From: an uncultured Sneathiella sp. | GTDB lineage: Bacteria; Pseudomonadota; Alphaproteobacteria; Sneathiellales; Sneathiellaceae | Assembly: GCF_963976355.1 (NCBI RefSeq) | Contig: NZ_CAXBKA010000002.1 | Location: forward strand, 598,711-662,710 | DNA length: 64,000 nucleotides | Direction of reading: 5' to 3' | In this document: positions 18,252 through 29,450 of the stretch, one piece after another | Position numbering within the stretch: position 1 is the first letter of the stretch | How the letters are laid out: the number at the start of each line of letters is the position of its first letter | Made by a program: the position numbers and the translations under genes | Notes under the pieces: model-generated | What the model saw: the letters and a program-made list of their open reading frames with translations, nothing else | Database searches by the model: none | What the model was told of the DNA's origin: nothing

Positions 18252-20933
18252 TTGGCAAAAATGAGTACGACAAAAGAAATACGCAGCACCTTTCTCGACT
18301 ATTTCGCAAGGAATGGTCATGAAAAGGTGGATAGCTCTCCGCTGGTACCGCGGAACGATCCGACCCTGCTGTTCACCAACGCGGGCATGGTGCAGTTCAA
18401 GAATGTATTCACCGGCCAGGAGAAGCGCCCCTATAACCGCGCGGTGACGACGCAGAAATGCGTGCGCGCAGGCGGCAAGCATAACGACCTTGAGAATGTC
18501 GGCTATACCGCGCGCCATCTGACCTTTTTCGAGATGCTGGGGAATTTCTCCTTCGGTGACTATTTCAAGGAACGCGCGATCGAGCTCGCCTGGAATTTGC
18601 TGACCAATGAATATGGCCTGCCGAAGGAAAAGCTGCTTGTCACCGTCTATCATGATGATGACGAGGCGGCCGGCCACTGGAAGAAAATTGCCGGACTTCC
18701 TGACGAGAAGATTATCCGCATCGCAACCTCCGATAATTTCTGGTCGATGGGCGATACCGGTCCCTGCGGTCCCTGTTCGGAGATTTTCTATGATCACGGG
18801 GAAGAGATTCCCGGCGGACCGCCCGGCAGCCCGGATGAGGATGGCGACCGCTTCATCGAAATCTGGAACCTCGTCTTCATGCAGTTCGAGCAGTTTGCGG
18901 ACGGCAAGCGCGAGAGCCTGCCGCGTCCGTCCATTGATACCGGCATGGGGCTGGAACGGCTGACGGCTGTCCTGCAGGGCGTGCACACCAATTATGATAT
19001 CGACCTGATGCGCCATATTATCGAGGCTTCGGCCGAGGTGTCCGGCGTTGCGCCGGATGGGGAGTTTCAGGCTTCCCATCGGGTGATCGCCGATCATTTG
19101 CGCTCCTCCGCCTTTCTGGTCGCAGACGGGGTGACGCCATCGAACGAGGGGCGGGGATATGTGCTCCGCCGGATCATGCGACGCGCCATGCGCCATGCGC
19201 ATATTCTGGGCGCGAAGGACCCGATGGTCTACAAGCTGGTGCCGACCCTTATCGATGAGATGGGCGATGCCTTCCCCGAACTGCACCGGGCGCAATCACT
19301 GATCACCGAGACCCTCAAAGTCGAGGAGAACCAGTTCAAGCAGACGCTGGACCGCGGTCTCAAGCTGCTCGGCGATGCGACGGAAAAACTCGGCAGCACC
19401 GAGGCGCTTCCCGGCGATGTCGCTTTCAAGCTTTATGACACCTACGGTTTCCCGCTGGACCTGACGAAGGATATCCTGCGCGGCCAGAACCGGGGGCTGG
19501 ACGAGGCCGGGTTCGATGCCGCCATGAAAAAGCAGAAGGAGGCGGCCCGCGCCGCCTGGACCGGGTCCGGTGAGGCGGCAACGGACCAGCTCTGGTTCGA
19601 TCTGCATGAAAAGCTCGGCGCGACGGAATTCCTTGGCTACCAGACGGAAACGGCTGAGGGCAAGACACAGGTCGTGATCAAGGACGGCAAGGAAGTCGAA
19701 AAGGCATCCGAGGGCGATGCGGTGATGGTTGTGCTCAACCAGACCTCCTTCTATGGCGAAAGCGGCGGCCAGCAGGGCGATCATGGTGTCCTGAAAACGC
19801 CTGCCAGGTTCGAGATGAAAGTGACCGACACCCAGAAGAAACAGGATCTGGTCATCCATATCGGGAAAATCACGAAGGGTTCCCTTTCGACCGGGGACGT
19901 CGTGGAGACCCATGTCGATGGGCGGCGGCGGGCGAAGCTCCGGGCGCATCACTCGGCGACCCATCTCCTGCATGAGGCGCTGCGTCAGACACTCGGCGAT
20001 CATGTGACGCAGAAAGGTTCGCTCGTGGCGGAAGACCGTCTGCGCTTCGACTTCTCGCATCAGAAACCGATGAGCGAGCCGGAACTTGCCGCCGTTGAGC
20101 GGATGGTCAACGACCGGATTCGCATCAACGCCGATGTCGCCGTTCACCTGACGACGCCGGAAGCCGCAATTGAGGCCGGGGCCATGGCGCTGTTTGGCGA
20201 GAAATACGGCGATGAGGTCCGGGTTGTCTCCATGGGCGGGCTCGACGAAGGCAAGGGCGCGGGCCGGGATTATTCGACCGAGCTGTGCGGCGGTACCCAT
20301 GTCGCGCGCACCGGCGATATCGGTTTCCTCAAGATCGTGAGCGAGGGCGGCCTCGCGGCCGGTATCCGCCGGATCGAGGCGGTCGCCGGGGAAGCCGCGC
20401 TTGACTATGTCAATGCCCGCGAAAAACTGCTGGCCGAGGCGGCATCGAGCCTGAAAATCGCGCCGAGCGAGCTTGGTGCGCGTATTCAGGGGCTGCTGGA
20501 AGAGCGCAAAAAGCTGGAACGCGAGCTCGCCGATACCCGTAAAAAACTGGTCAGCGGCGGCAGTGGTCCGGCGGAAGAGGCGGAGAAGGTCGGGAACATC
20601 TCCCTGATGACCCGGTTGCTCAGCGATGTGCCGCCCAAAGACCTGAAACCGATGGCGGATGAGATCAAGAAGAAGTTGAAAAGCGGTGTGATCGTGCTGA
20701 TCGCCAATAACGATGGCAAGGCGTCTATCGTTGTCAGTGTTACCGATGACCTGACCGGCGGCATCAGTGCGGTCGATCTTGTCCGCGCGGGCTCCGAGGC
20801 ACTTGGTGGCAAGGGTGGCGGTGGCCGTCCCGACATGGCGCAGGCCGGCGGTCCCGACGGGGCCAAGGGGGCCGATGCCGTCGATGCCATTCGCAAGCTG
20901 ATTGCCGAAGGTGAGGTTGCCGCGGCGCCTTAG
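18252..20933 (+). CDS. alaS: Alanine--tRNA ligase
   Basis: 893 aa. It has the canonical N-terminus [20 protein letters not shown], the editing-domain HSATHLLH...CGGTHV motif, and a C-terminal DHHA1-like [13 protein letters not shown]. Confidence 0.97.
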   Translation: MAKMSTTKEIRSTFLDYFARNGHEKVDSSPLVPRNDPTLLFTNAGMVQFKNVFTGQEKRPYNRAVTTQKCVRAGGKHNDLENVGYTARHLTFFEMLGNFSFGDYFKERAIELAWNLLTNEYGLPKEKLLVTVYHDDDEAAGHWKKIAGLPDEKIIRIATSDNFWSMGDTGPCGPCSEIFYDHGEEIPGGPPGSPDEDGDRFIEIWNLVFMQFEQFADGKRESLPRPSIDTGMGLERLTAVLQGVHTNYDIDLMRHIIEASAEVSGVAPDGEFQASHRVIADHLRSSAFLVADGVTPSNEGRGYVLRRIMRRAMRHAHILGAKDPMVYKLVPTLIDEMGDAFPELHRAQSLITETLKVEENQFKQTLDRGLKLLGDATEKLGSTEALPGDVAFKLYDTYGFPLDLTKDILRGQNRGLDEAGFDAAMKKQKEAARAAWTGSGEAATDQLWFDLHEKLGATEFLGYQTETAEGKTQVVIKDGKEVEKASEGDAVMVVLNQTSFYGESGGQQGDHGVLKTPARFEMKVTDTQKKQDLVIHIGKITKGSLSTGDVVETHVDGRRRAKLRAHHSATHLLHEALRQTLGDHVTQKGSLVAEDRLRFDFSHQKPMSEPELAAVERMVNDRIRINADVAVHLTTPEAAIEAGAMALFGEKYGDEVRVVSMGGLDEGKGAGRDYSTELCGGTHVARTGDIGFLKIVSEGGLAAGIRRIEAVAGEAALDYVNAREKLLAEAASSLKIAPSELGARIQGLLEERKKLERELADTRKKLVSGGSGPAEEAEKVGNISLMTRLLSDVPPKDLKPMADEIKKKLKSGVIVLIANNDGKASIVVSVTDDLTGGISAVDLVRAGSEALGGKGGGGRPDMAQAGGPDGAKGADAVDAIRKLIAEGEVAAAP

Positions 20934-21178
20934 GCAGCAATGCTGCCCCGATCCAATCGGGGTAGAACCGGAAAGGGGCAGCACGCCTCCCTTCGACGAT
21001 CCGGTTGCCAGCCATTGACCAGCTAACCGGTAAAACGGCAAATGGCGGTTGGCTGTGTCCGAAAATGGGCAATTTCAAGGTGATTTCGGGGCGGGCATAT
21101 TTTTGCCTGGCGCTTGATATGGTGCGATTTTCCAATACATATGAAGCACGCCTGCGAGGGTATGTTTAGGAATACGCC

Positions 21179-22144
21179 ATGAACAATTTCAAGACCGGAT
21201 TACTGATTGCCGCGATCACCGCGCTTTTTCTTGCCGTTGGCTTTCTGATCGGCGGCACGACGGGAATGATTATCGCCCTTGTCATTGCTATCGGCATGAA
21301 CGGTTTCGCCTACTGGAATTCCGACAAGATGGTGCTCAAGATGTATGGCGCGCGTCGGGTGACGGAGAATGAGGCGCCCGCTCTCGTGCGCCTGGTAGCG
21401 GAGCTGGCCGTGCGGGCCGAGTTGCCGATGCCGAAAGTCTTCATCATGGATAATCCGCAGCCCAATGCCTTTGCGACGGGGCGCAACCCTGAAAATGCGG
21501 CGGTGGCCGTCACCAGCGGTCTGATGAAAATCCTGACACAGGAAGAACTGGCCGGTGTGATCGCTCATGAACTCGCGCATATCAGGAACCGCGATACCCT
21601 GACCATGACGGTCACGGCAACACTGGCGGGTGCGATCAGCATGCTCGCCAACTTTGCGCTTTTCTTCGGCGGCAACCGGGATAGCCGGGGCGGGATCATC
21701 GGCATGCTGGCGATCATGATCCTCGCGCCCCTCGGTGCGATGCTGGTGCAGATGGCGATCAGCCGGACACGGGAATATTCCGCGGATCATACCGGCAGTG
21801 AAATCTGCGGTAATCCGGACTGGCTGGCGAGCGCGCTTCAGAAGTTGGATAAAGCCGCCCGCGGGATCGAGAATGTGCCCGCAGAGAAGAACCCGGCCTC
21901 CGCCAGCCTGTTTATCATCAATCCCCTGCATGGACAGCGAGCCGATAACCTGTTTTCAACCCATCCCGCCACGACGAACCGGGTTCGGAAGCTGAAAGAG
22001 CTGGCCCAATCACTTATGCCCGGCAAGGGCCGCAGTGTCAGGAAGACGCGGGAGAGGGGCCTGCCGAGGGCGCGTCAGGGCACAACGCCCTACACGGACG
22101 GTCCCGCCGGGTCCGACAATTCCCCAAAGGGTCCGTGGGGCTGA
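21179..22144 (+). CDS. htpX: Zinc metalloprotease HtpX
   Basis: TM segments plus the HEXXH motif [12 protein letters not shown] and the downstream REYSAD block. Confidence 0.9.
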   Translation: MNNFKTGLLIAAITALFLAVGFLIGGTTGMIIALVIAIGMNGFAYWNSDKMVLKMYGARRVTENEAPALVRLVAELAVRAELPMPKVFIMDNPQPNAFATGRNPENAAVAVTSGLMKILTQEELAGVIAHELAHIRNRDTLTMTVTATLAGAISMLANFALFFGGNRDSRGGIIGMLAIMILAPLGAMLVQMAISRTREYSADHTGSEICGNPDWLASALQKLDKAARGIENVPAEKNPASASLFIINPLHGQRADNLFSTHPATTNRVRKLKELAQSLMPGKGRSVRKTRERGLPRARQGTTPYTDGPAGSDNSPKGPWG

Positions 22145-22774
22145 TCAGACGGTTTTCGGGGACTTGACGAGCGCCCGCGTCAGGAAGCGGCTCAAGTGAT
22201 CGACATATTCCTGGCGGCTTTGCCCCTTGCGATAGGCCATCGGCGCGGAGAACTGGATCAGGCCCATCATGGCATGGCCGATCAGGTCCGGGTCGATATC
22301 CTCATACAGTTCCCCATTGAGGCGGGCGTCCTTCAGCCGAGAGATAAAACCGGCGGCGAAGCGGCTGCGGAGTTCTTTCGAGCTGGAATCGGTGGGATCG
22401 AAAACCTTGGTGTCGACCAGTGCCGATCGCAACAACCCCGGGTTTTGTTCGGCGAATTCCTGAATGGCGGTCAGGCTGTTACGGATATATTCCTCGAAAC
22501 TGTCGACATCCGGAATACGGGCCTGGACATAGGAATGCAGATCCTCCTGCGCGGCACTTGCAAATTCCATGAAAATTTCACGCTTGTCCATGTAATGGCT
22601 GTAAAACGTGCCATGCGCGACATCGGCTTCCTTGGCGATATCCTGGGGCCGGGTTTCGTGGTATCCCTTGCTTACAAAGAGTTTGCGGGCGGCGGCGAGC
22701 AGCCGTTTGCGCTTCTCTTCTTTTCTTTTGCTGGCCCGGTCGGTTGCTAGTGTTAATTGTGGAGACTCAACCAT
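22145..22774 (-). CDS. TetR-family transcriptional regulator
   Basis: HTH block RKLFVSKGYHETRPQDIAKEADVAHGTFYSHY. ATG 22774 with SD AGGTGA is preferred over the listed TTG start at 22834. Confidence 0.8.
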   Translation of the reverse strand: MVESPQLTLATDRASKRKEEKRKRLLAAARKLFVSKGYHETRPQDIAKEADVAHGTFYSHYMDKREIFMEFASAAQEDLHSYVQARIPDVDSFEEYIRNSLTAIQEFAEQNPGLLRSALVDTKVFDPTDSSSKELRSRFAAGFISRLKDARLNGELYEDIDPDLIGHAMMGLIQFSAPMAYRKGQSRQEYVDHLSRFLTRALVKSPKTV

Positions 22775-22828
22775 GCGCGCTTCACCTGTTAGAATTTTTA
22801 TTTTTTTCGTGTCTGCTGCTGGCAATTG

Positions 22829-22844
22829 TGACAACTATTTGTCA
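22829..22844. promoter_or_regulatory. Candidate TetR operator palindrome
   Basis: TGACAA-ctat-TTGTCA perfect 6-bp inverted repeat in the divergent tetR / acyl-CoA synthetase intergenic region. Confidence 0.35.
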
Positions 22845-22910
22845 ATATCCTTACAATAGCAGTCTGCCGCGATAAATAGAACAAAAAAATAACCGGAGCT
22901 TGTTGCCCAA

Positions 22911-24818
22911 ATGTCCTCAACCATACCTTTTCGGCCATTTAGCCGGCCCTCGCCGGATATTTCCGCCAGCCGCGATCCCGATGGCAGCTGGATTATCCGA
23001 AGCAATACCGATCTTGGCAATTATGAGGCGAATATAGGCGCCTATTGGCGGGCGGCGGCGGAGCGGTTTCCCGACCGTGCGTTTCTCGTCGAATGCTCCC
23101 AGGGCGATACCTGGCCAGAGCTCAGTTATCGCACGGCGAGAGAGCAGGCCGACCGGATCAGCAGTTATTTACTTTCAAGAGGTTACGGGCCGGAAAAGTC
23201 CGTCATGATCCTCTCCGCCAACAGCTTCGCCCATGCAACCTTGATGATGGGGGCAGTGCAGGCGGGCATAACGGTGACGCAGCTTTCACCGTCATACTCC
23301 CTGGTTGGAAATGACTTTGCGAAACTCAAATATGCCGTGGAATTGACCGAGCCGGGCCTGATCTTTGCCGAGGATGGCGATGTTTACGGCGCGGCACTCG
23401 ATGCCCTCGATCTGACGGGCAAGGACATTGTTACCGTTACAGGGCGGGATCACGGCGGAGTAAGGTTTGGCGCGTTGCTGGAGAATCTGGACAGCGCGGC
23501 GGTGGAGGCGGCCTTCAATGCGGTGACCGGCGATCATCTCGCCAAAATCCTGTTCACCTCTGGCTCGACCGGGATGCCGAAGGCGGTGCCCAACACCCAG
23601 CGGATGCTGTGCTCGGCGCAGAAAACGCTGGAACTCATCGCCGAAGCCCCGGACCCGGTCAATGATCCGACCCGGGTACTCGACTGGCTCCCGTGGCATC
23701 ATACCTATGGCGGTAATGTCAATTTCTTCGCGATTGCAAGGGTTTGCGGTACATTGTTCATGGATGATGGAAAACCAACGCCGGGGCTGTTCAGCCGGAC
23801 GATCGAGAATCTGAAGGTCATCTCCCCGTCGCGGTTCAGCACCGTGCCCGCCGCCTACAGCTATCTCGCCGACCAGATGGAGGCGGATGAGGAGCTGGGC
23901 CATGCCTTCTTCAAAAATCTCAGGATTTGTCAGTATGGCGGCGCGGCGCTGTCGCAGGAAATGTTCGAGCGGATGCAGCATCTCGCGATCAAATATACCG
24001 GCATGCGCATTCCCTTCGGCACGGGCTGGGGCGCGACCGAGACGACCGGCACCGGCACCGCCGTCCATTGGAACAGCGATCGTGTCGGCCTGATCGGCGT
24101 CCCGACACCGGGAATCACGGTGAAAATACTGCCCGCCGGAGAAAAGCTCGAAATCCGGATCAAGGGGCCGAATGTCCATACGGGATATTACAAACGCCCG
24201 GACCTGACCGAACAATATTTCGATGAGGACGGGTTCTACTGCATCGGCGATGCAGTCAAATGGGTTGACCCCGACCATCCGGAGAAGGGCATGATCTTCG
24301 ATGGCCGCGTCGCCGAGGATTTCAAGCTCGCGAACGGAACCTGGGTCAGCACGGGCTCCTTGAGGCTCTCGCTCATCGACGCCCTCGATCCGCTGGCGCG
24401 CGATGTGGTCATCGCCGGGCATGACCGGGACGAAATCGGCATCCTGATCCTGCTGACCGAGGCCATGCAGAAAAAATATGCCGAACAGACGGCGGCTTTG
24501 TCCTCCGATGGCAAACGGATTGTCGCGCCGCCGCTGATTGAGTCTGTTCAGGAGAAACTCAGCCGTTATAATCAGGACAATGCCTCACCGAGCCGGCGGG
24601 TGGGTCGGGCGCTGATCCTGGCGGAACCGCTGTCGGTGGATAAGAACGAGATAACGGACAAACAATATATCAATCAGGGAGCCGTCCTTTCCAACCGAGC
24701 CGACCTCGTGGCGTTGCTGTTTAGCAGTGACGGAACGGACGGCGTAGTAAAACCGGACAATAACAAATTAACGAAAGGCGATATCGATGTCAGGAATGAA
24801 CAAGCGGATACTGCTTAA
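22911..24818 (+). CDS. Feruloyl-CoA-synthase-like AMP-dependent acyl-CoA synthetase
   Basis: 635 aa. AMP-binding motif ILFTSGSTGMPKAV. The N-terminal architecture (short peptide, then SWIIRS...AAERFPDRAFLVE) is like the long Fcs-type synthetases. Confidence 0.7.
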   Translation: MSSTIPFRPFSRPSPDISASRDPDGSWIIRSNTDLGNYEANIGAYWRAAAERFPDRAFLVECSQGDTWPELSYRTAREQADRISSYLLSRGYGPEKSVMILSANSFAHATLMMGAVQAGITVTQLSPSYSLVGNDFAKLKYAVELTEPGLIFAEDGDVYGAALDALDLTGKDIVTVTGRDHGGVRFGALLENLDSAAVEAAFNAVTGDHLAKILFTSGSTGMPKAVPNTQRMLCSAQKTLELIAEAPDPVNDPTRVLDWLPWHHTYGGNVNFFAIARVCGTLFMDDGKPTPGLFSRTIENLKVISPSRFSTVPAAYSYLADQMEADEELGHAFFKNLRICQYGGAALSQEMFERMQHLAIKYTGMRIPFGTGWGATETTGTGTAVHWNSDRVGLIGVPTPGITVKILPAGEKLEIRIKGPNVHTGYYKRPDLTEQYFDEDGFYCIGDAVKWVDPDHPEKGMIFDGRVAEDFKLANGTWVSTGSLRLSLIDALDPLARDVVIAGHDRDEIGILILLTEAMQKKYAEQTAALSSDGKRIVAPPLIESVQEKLSRYNQDNASPSRRVGRALILAEPLSVDKNEITDKQYINQGAVLSNRADLVALLFSSDGTDGVVKPDNNKLTKGDIDVRNEQADTA

Positions 24819-25818
24819 ATCACGGCCTGTGGGAGAGCCGACAGCGGAGAATTTCGAGCTGGTGGAAACGCCGGTCCCGACACCGGGCCAAGGCCAGTTT
24901 CGCGTCAAGGTGATCTATATGTCTCTCGACCCGTATATGCGGGGTCGCATGGGGGCAGAAAAGACTTATGCCGCCAATGCGGAGGTCGGGGAGACCATGG
25001 TCGGCGGCGGCGTCGGCGTGGTCGAGGAATCGAATAACGACCAGTTCAAGCCCGGTGACTATGTCATGTGCGCGACCGGCTGGCAGAGCTATTGCCTGTC
25101 CGACGGGACCGGCGCCATGAAGCTTGACCCTGCAAGGGCGCCCATTTCGACGGGTGTCGGTGTTCTCGGCATGCCGGGTCTGACCGCCTACTACGGCCTG
25201 CTGGAAATCGGCAAGCCGCAGCCCGGGGAAACGGTGGTGGTTGCCGCGGCCTCCGGCGCGGTTGGCGGCGTGGTCGGGCAGATCGCCAAGATCAAGGGTT
25301 GCCGCGCCATCGGGATTGCCGGATCGGCGGATAAATGCGCCTTTGTCGTCGATGAGCTCGGCTTCGATGCCTGCCTCAACTACAAATCCGCGGAATTCCC
25401 CGAGGAACTCGCCCGGGCCTGTCCTGATGGTGTTGACGTCTATTTCGAGAATGTCGGCGGCAAGGTGTTCGAGGCGGTCCTGCCGCTTTTGAATGATGAT
25501 TCCCGCATGCCGGTCTGCGGCCTGATCTCGCAGTACAATATGACGGAACTGCCCGAGGGCACGAATATGCTCCCCGCGCTGATGCGCTCGGTTCTGACCC
25601 ATCGTATCCTGATACAGGGCTTCATCATTTCCTATCATTTCCACCATCTGCCAGCCTTCCTCAAGGATGTCAGCGGCTGGATCAAGGAAGGAAAACTGAA
25701 ATACCGCGAAGATATCGTGAAGGGGATCGAGAATGCGCCCGAGGCCTTCATGGGCCTGCTGAAGGGCAAGAATTTCGGGAAACTGCTGGTGCAGGTTGCC
25801 GACGATCCGACACGCTAG
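24787..25818 (+). CDS. NADP-dependent MDR-family oxidoreductase (alkenal/enoyl reductase-like, YncB/PTGR1 type)
   Basis: N-terminus NKRILLKSRPVGEPTAENFELVETPVP and nucleotide motif AAASGAVGGVVGQIAK. The true start may be ATG 24796. Confidence 0.8.
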   Translation: MSGMNKRILLKSRPVGEPTAENFELVETPVPTPGQGQFRVKVIYMSLDPYMRGRMGAEKTYAANAEVGETMVGGGVGVVEESNNDQFKPGDYVMCATGWQSYCLSDGTGAMKLDPARAPISTGVGVLGMPGLTAYYGLLEIGKPQPGETVVVAAASGAVGGVVGQIAKIKGCRAIGIAGSADKCAFVVDELGFDACLNYKSAEFPEELARACPDGVDVYFENVGGKVFEAVLPLLNDDSRMPVCGLISQYNMTELPEGTNMLPALMRSVLTHRILIQGFIISYHFHHLPAFLKDVSGWIKEGKLKYREDIVKGIENAPEAFMGLLKGKNFGKLLVQVADDPTR

Positions 25819-25861
25819 TAAACAGTCAGAAAAAGAAACCCAAACGGAAGGAAACAAGAAT

Positions 25862-27946
25862 ATGACTGCCATCACTGATTTTGTCAGCTACGAGGCGAAG
25901 GGAACGGTCGGGGTCATCACCATCGACAGCCCGCCGGTCAATGCCCTGAGCCAGAAGGTGCGCGCCGGAATCAAGGGCGGAATTGAAATGGCGGTTGCCG
26001 ATGATTCGGTCACGGCCATTGTACTGGCCTGCGCCGGTCGGACCTTTATCGCCGGTGCGGACATCACCGAGTTCGGCAAGCCACCGCAGGAACCGGGGCT
26101 CAATGACGTGATCGCCACCATGGAAAGCTCGACCAAGCCGGTTGTCGCCGCCGTTCACGGCACGGCGCTTGGCGGCGGGCTGGAGACAGCGCTTGGCTGT
26201 CATTACCGGGTGGCAAACCCCACCGCCAAGGTCGGCCTTCCGGAAGTCAAGCTCGGCATTCTTCCCGGCGCGGGCGGAACACAGCGCCTGCCGCGGGTTG
26301 TCGGCGTGCCGATGGCACTTGAGATGATTACCTCGGGCAACCCCATCGGGGCCAAGAAGGCTTTGGAAGTCGGGCTTGTCGATGAGGTCGTCGAGGGTGA
26401 TTTGACCGAGGGGGCGATTGCCTTTGCGAAAAAGGTCGCGGCGGAGGGCCGTCCGCTCGTCAAGATCAGCGAACAGAACGACAAGCTGGCGGAGGCAAAG
26501 AAAAACCCGGCCATCTTTGATGAGTTCCGCAAAAAGAATGCCCGCAAGTTCCGTGGGTTCGAGGCGCCGGAAAACTGCATCAAGGCGGTGCAGGCATCGG
26601 TCGATCTGCCGTTCCCGGACGGCCTCAAGCGGGAGCGCGAGCTGTTCATGGAACTGATGGGTGGCGAACAGGCGAAGGCGCAGCAGTATTTCTTCTTCTC
26701 CGAACGGCTCGCCAACAAGATCCCGGATGTGCCGAAAGACACCCCGCTGATCGATATCAACACGGCGGGCATCGTCGGCGCGGGCACAATGGGCGGCGGC
26801 ATCGCCATGAACTTTCTGCAGGCCGGTATCCCGGTGACGATTGTCGAAACCACGCAGGAGGCGCTCGACAAGGGCATCAGCGTCATCAAGTCGAACTATG
26901 CCGCCACCGTCTCCAAGGGCCGGCTCACACAGGAAGCAATGGACAAATACATGTCGCTCCTGACCGGCAGCACCAATCTTGAGGACCTTAAGGACGTCGA
27001 TATCGTCATTGAGGCGATTTTCGAGAATATGGACGTCAAGAAAGAGGTTTTCGGCAAGCTCGACAAGATCTGCAAGCAGGGCGCGATTTTGGCGACGAAC
27101 ACCTCGACCCTCAATATCGATGAGATCGGCGAGGCAACCTCACGCCCCGAATATGTCATCGGCCTGCATTTCTTCAGCCCAGCGAATGTCATGCGCCTGC
27201 TGGAGGAAGTGCGGACGAAAAAGACGAGCGCCACGGTCATGGCCACCTGCATGGCGCTTGCGAAACGGATCGGCAAGGTGCCGGCCATGGTCGGCGTCTG
27301 CGACGGCTTCGTCGGCAACCGTATGCTCGCCAAGCGCGGCGATCAGGCGGCACAGCTCATCCTTGAAGGCGCGAAGGTCGAGGATGTCGACCGCGTGCTC
27401 TATGATTTCGGCTTCCCGATGGGTCCGTTTGCCATGTCCGATCTTGCGGGTAACGATGTCGGCTGGCGTATCCGTCAGGGCCGGGGCGTCACCAGCCCGG
27501 TCGCCGATGCGATCTGCGAGCTTGGCCGGTTCGGACAGAAAACGGGCGATGGCTACTACCACTATGAAAAGGGCAGCCGCACGCCGCAGCCGGACCCGAT
27601 TGTCGAGGATATCATCGTCAAGGCGGCCCGCGATGCCGGGATCAACCGGCGGCAGGTGTCGGATGAGGAAATCCTCAAGCGTTGCATCTATCCGATGATC
27701 AACGAGGCGGCGAAAATCCTCGAAGAGGGCATCGCCACCCGCGCGAGCGATATCGATGTCATCTGGGTCTATGGTTATGGCTGGCCGATCTATCGCGGTG
27801 GGCCGATGCGCTACGCCGATCATATCGGCCTTGAAAACATCTATAACGACCTGCTGAAATTCAGGGAAGAGCATGGGGACGAATGGACCCCGGCGCCGCT
27901 CCTTGAGAAGCTGGCCAAGGAAGGCAAGGGGTTCAAGGATCTCTAG
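25862..27946 (+). CDS. Bifunctional enoyl-CoA hydratase / 3-hydroxyacyl-CoA dehydrogenase (FadB/FadJ-like)
   Basis: The crotonase N-domain (FIAGADITEF, HGTALGGGLE) is followed by the NAD motif GIVGAGTMGGGIA and HFFSPANVM. The start is moved to ATG 25862. Confidence 0.9.
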   Translation: MTAITDFVSYEAKGTVGVITIDSPPVNALSQKVRAGIKGGIEMAVADDSVTAIVLACAGRTFIAGADITEFGKPPQEPGLNDVIATMESSTKPVVAAVHGTALGGGLETALGCHYRVANPTAKVGLPEVKLGILPGAGGTQRLPRVVGVPMALEMITSGNPIGAKKALEVGLVDEVVEGDLTEGAIAFAKKVAAEGRPLVKISEQNDKLAEAKKNPAIFDEFRKKNARKFRGFEAPENCIKAVQASVDLPFPDGLKRERELFMELMGGEQAKAQQYFFFSERLANKIPDVPKDTPLIDINTAGIVGAGTMGGGIAMNFLQAGIPVTIVETTQEALDKGISVIKSNYAATVSKGRLTQEAMDKYMSLLTGSTNLEDLKDVDIVIEAIFENMDVKKEVFGKLDKICKQGAILATNTSTLNIDEIGEATSRPEYVIGLHFFSPANVMRLLEEVRTKKTSATVMATCMALAKRIGKVPAMVGVCDGFVGNRMLAKRGDQAAQLILEGAKVEDVDRVLYDFGFPMGPFAMSDLAGNDVGWRIRQGRGVTSPVADAICELGRFGQKTGDGYYHYEKGSRTPQPDPIVEDIIVKAARDAGINRRQVSDEEILKRCIYPMINEAAKILEEGIATRASDIDVIWVYGYGWPIYRGGPMRYADHIGLENIYNDLLKFREEHGDEWTPAPLLEKLAKEGKGFKDL

Positions 27947-27973
27947 GCCGTCCTTCTGCACGGGAAACCCCGC

Positions 27974-29449
27974 CTATGTGGCGGGGTTTTTTGCTTTATG
28001 CTCCCGGTAGATCACATAGCCGACGGGAATTAGCGCGAGAGAGAAAAACAGGCAGGCGATCAGGAAGCAGTCCTGAAAGGTGCGGGCGAGAGCGTCCAGT
28101 GTCTCGGCCTTGCTCAAATGCGACGTATGTGCCGCCGTCATCATGTCCGCCTGGTAATGGGCCGTGCGGGCGGTGATCAGCACGGCGATGACATTGACCC
28201 CCGTACTGCCGCCCAGCATCCGGCAGAAATTGAGCGCGCCGGAAGCCTGTGGCACCTGTTCCGGGCGCATGCAGGACAGCGACAGGGTGTTGTTGGAGGG
28301 CATGATCAGCCCGAGCGCACCACGGCTTACCATCAGCCAGCCGGCGACAAACCAGAAACTGCTAAACTGGTCCGCATAGCTGATCGCGTAGGAGGATCCG
28401 ATAAACAGCAGCACACCGGTCAGCAGCAGGCGGTGCGGCGGCATCTTGTCCACCATCCGCCCGGCAAGCGGAGAGATGAGGGCGAGGGTCAGTCCGCCTG
28501 GCAGCAGCATAAGGCCGGCATTTGTCGCGTTTGCCTCCAACACCGTTCGCGCATAGAGCGGCAGCATATAGATGCTGGAAAACATACCGGCGCTGACGAT
28601 CGCGGCAATCAAAACGGTCGAGGTGAAATAGAGGTTGCGGAACATATCGAGACGGAGCAGCGGTGCCCGGCTCTTGCGCTCCCTCAGGATAAAGAGGGTC
28701 AGGCCGGTAAGGGCGATAGAGAGGAAGACAATCACCTTCGGATCGGTGAAGCCGTGAAACTGGCTTTCCGACAGGCCGTTCAGGAAGCTGGCAACCGTAA
28801 TGGCGATCAGCAGGAAGCTGATATAGTTGAAGCGGCTGAAGGACTTCTCATCGCGGGTGTCGGGGAGGAATTTCCAGCCCAGAAATCCCCCGATAAAGGA
28901 GAGGGGCAGCGCCGCCGTAAAGGTATAATGCCAGTCCAGGCTGTCGGTGATAATGCCGCCAAGCGTCGGGCCGATGGCCGGACCGAGGACGATCACCATG
29001 CTGAAGGTGCCAAGGGCCGTGCCCCGCTTTTCATGCGGAAACAGCAGAAAGACAAGTGCCATGGTCAGCGGCTGCAGAATGCCCGCGCCGGAGCCCTGCA
29101 GCACCCGCGCCAATACCAGCAGGCCATATTCCGGTGCGAACTGACCGAGCATGCTGCCGCTGAAGAAGAGGGCGGTCGCCAGCATGAAGGCGGGCCGGAC
29201 CCCGAAGTTATACATCAGCCAGGCGGAGGACAGCATGCAGATGGTCGAGGCGCTCAAATAGGCCGTCGACATCCACTGTGCCGACGCCTGCGTGATATCG
29301 TAGTCCGCCATGATATTGGTCAGTGCGACATTGACCATGGTCGAGGAAAAGATACTGGACAGCAGCCCGATAATAACCGCGAGGACGGCAATCCATTTAT
29401 AGCTGGCGCCGTATTTCCTCTCCAGATATCGGTTTCGGGGTGTGGTCAT
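27974..29449 (-). CDS. MFS transporter, DHA2 (EmrB/QacA-like, 14-TM) family
   Basis: 491 aa, about 14 hydrophobic segments, with an MFS motif-A-like LFPHEKRGTALG. Confidence 0.85.
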   Translation of the reverse strand: MTTPRNRYLERKYGASYKWIAVLAVIIGLLSSIFSSTMVNVALTNIMADYDITQASAQWMSTAYLSASTICMLSSAWLMYNFGVRPAFMLATALFFSGSMLGQFAPEYGLLVLARVLQGSGAGILQPLTMALVFLLFPHEKRGTALGTFSMVIVLGPAIGPTLGGIITDSLDWHYTFTAALPLSFIGGFLGWKFLPDTRDEKSFSRFNYISFLLIAITVASFLNGLSESQFHGFTDPKVIVFLSIALTGLTLFILRERKSRAPLLRLDMFRNLYFTSTVLIAAIVSAGMFSSIYMLPLYARTVLEANATNAGLMLLPGGLTLALISPLAGRMVDKMPPHRLLLTGVLLFIGSSYAISYADQFSSFWFVAGWLMVSRGALGLIMPSNNTLSLSCMRPEQVPQASGALNFCRMLGGSTGVNVIAVLITARTAHYQADMMTAAHTSHLSKAETLDALARTFQDCFLIACLFFSLALIPVGYVIYREHKAKNPAT

Positions 29450-29450
29450 T

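Noticed and set aside
20934-20983. Overlapping hairpins after alaS (GCAGCA/TGCTGC, CCCCGAT-cca-ATCGGGG, TGCTGCCCC...GGGGCAGCA) as an intrinsic terminator.
   Set aside because: No U-tract follows and the stems are mutually exclusive. It may be a REP-like or stability element, but I cannot support a terminator call.
22142-22147. The htpX and tetR stop codons directly abut (TGA|TCA) with no terminator between the convergent genes.
   Set aside because: This is real in the sequence, but compact convergent ends are common. The long basic HtpX C-terminus may simply be a slightly over-extended ORF. It is not interesting enough for a finding.
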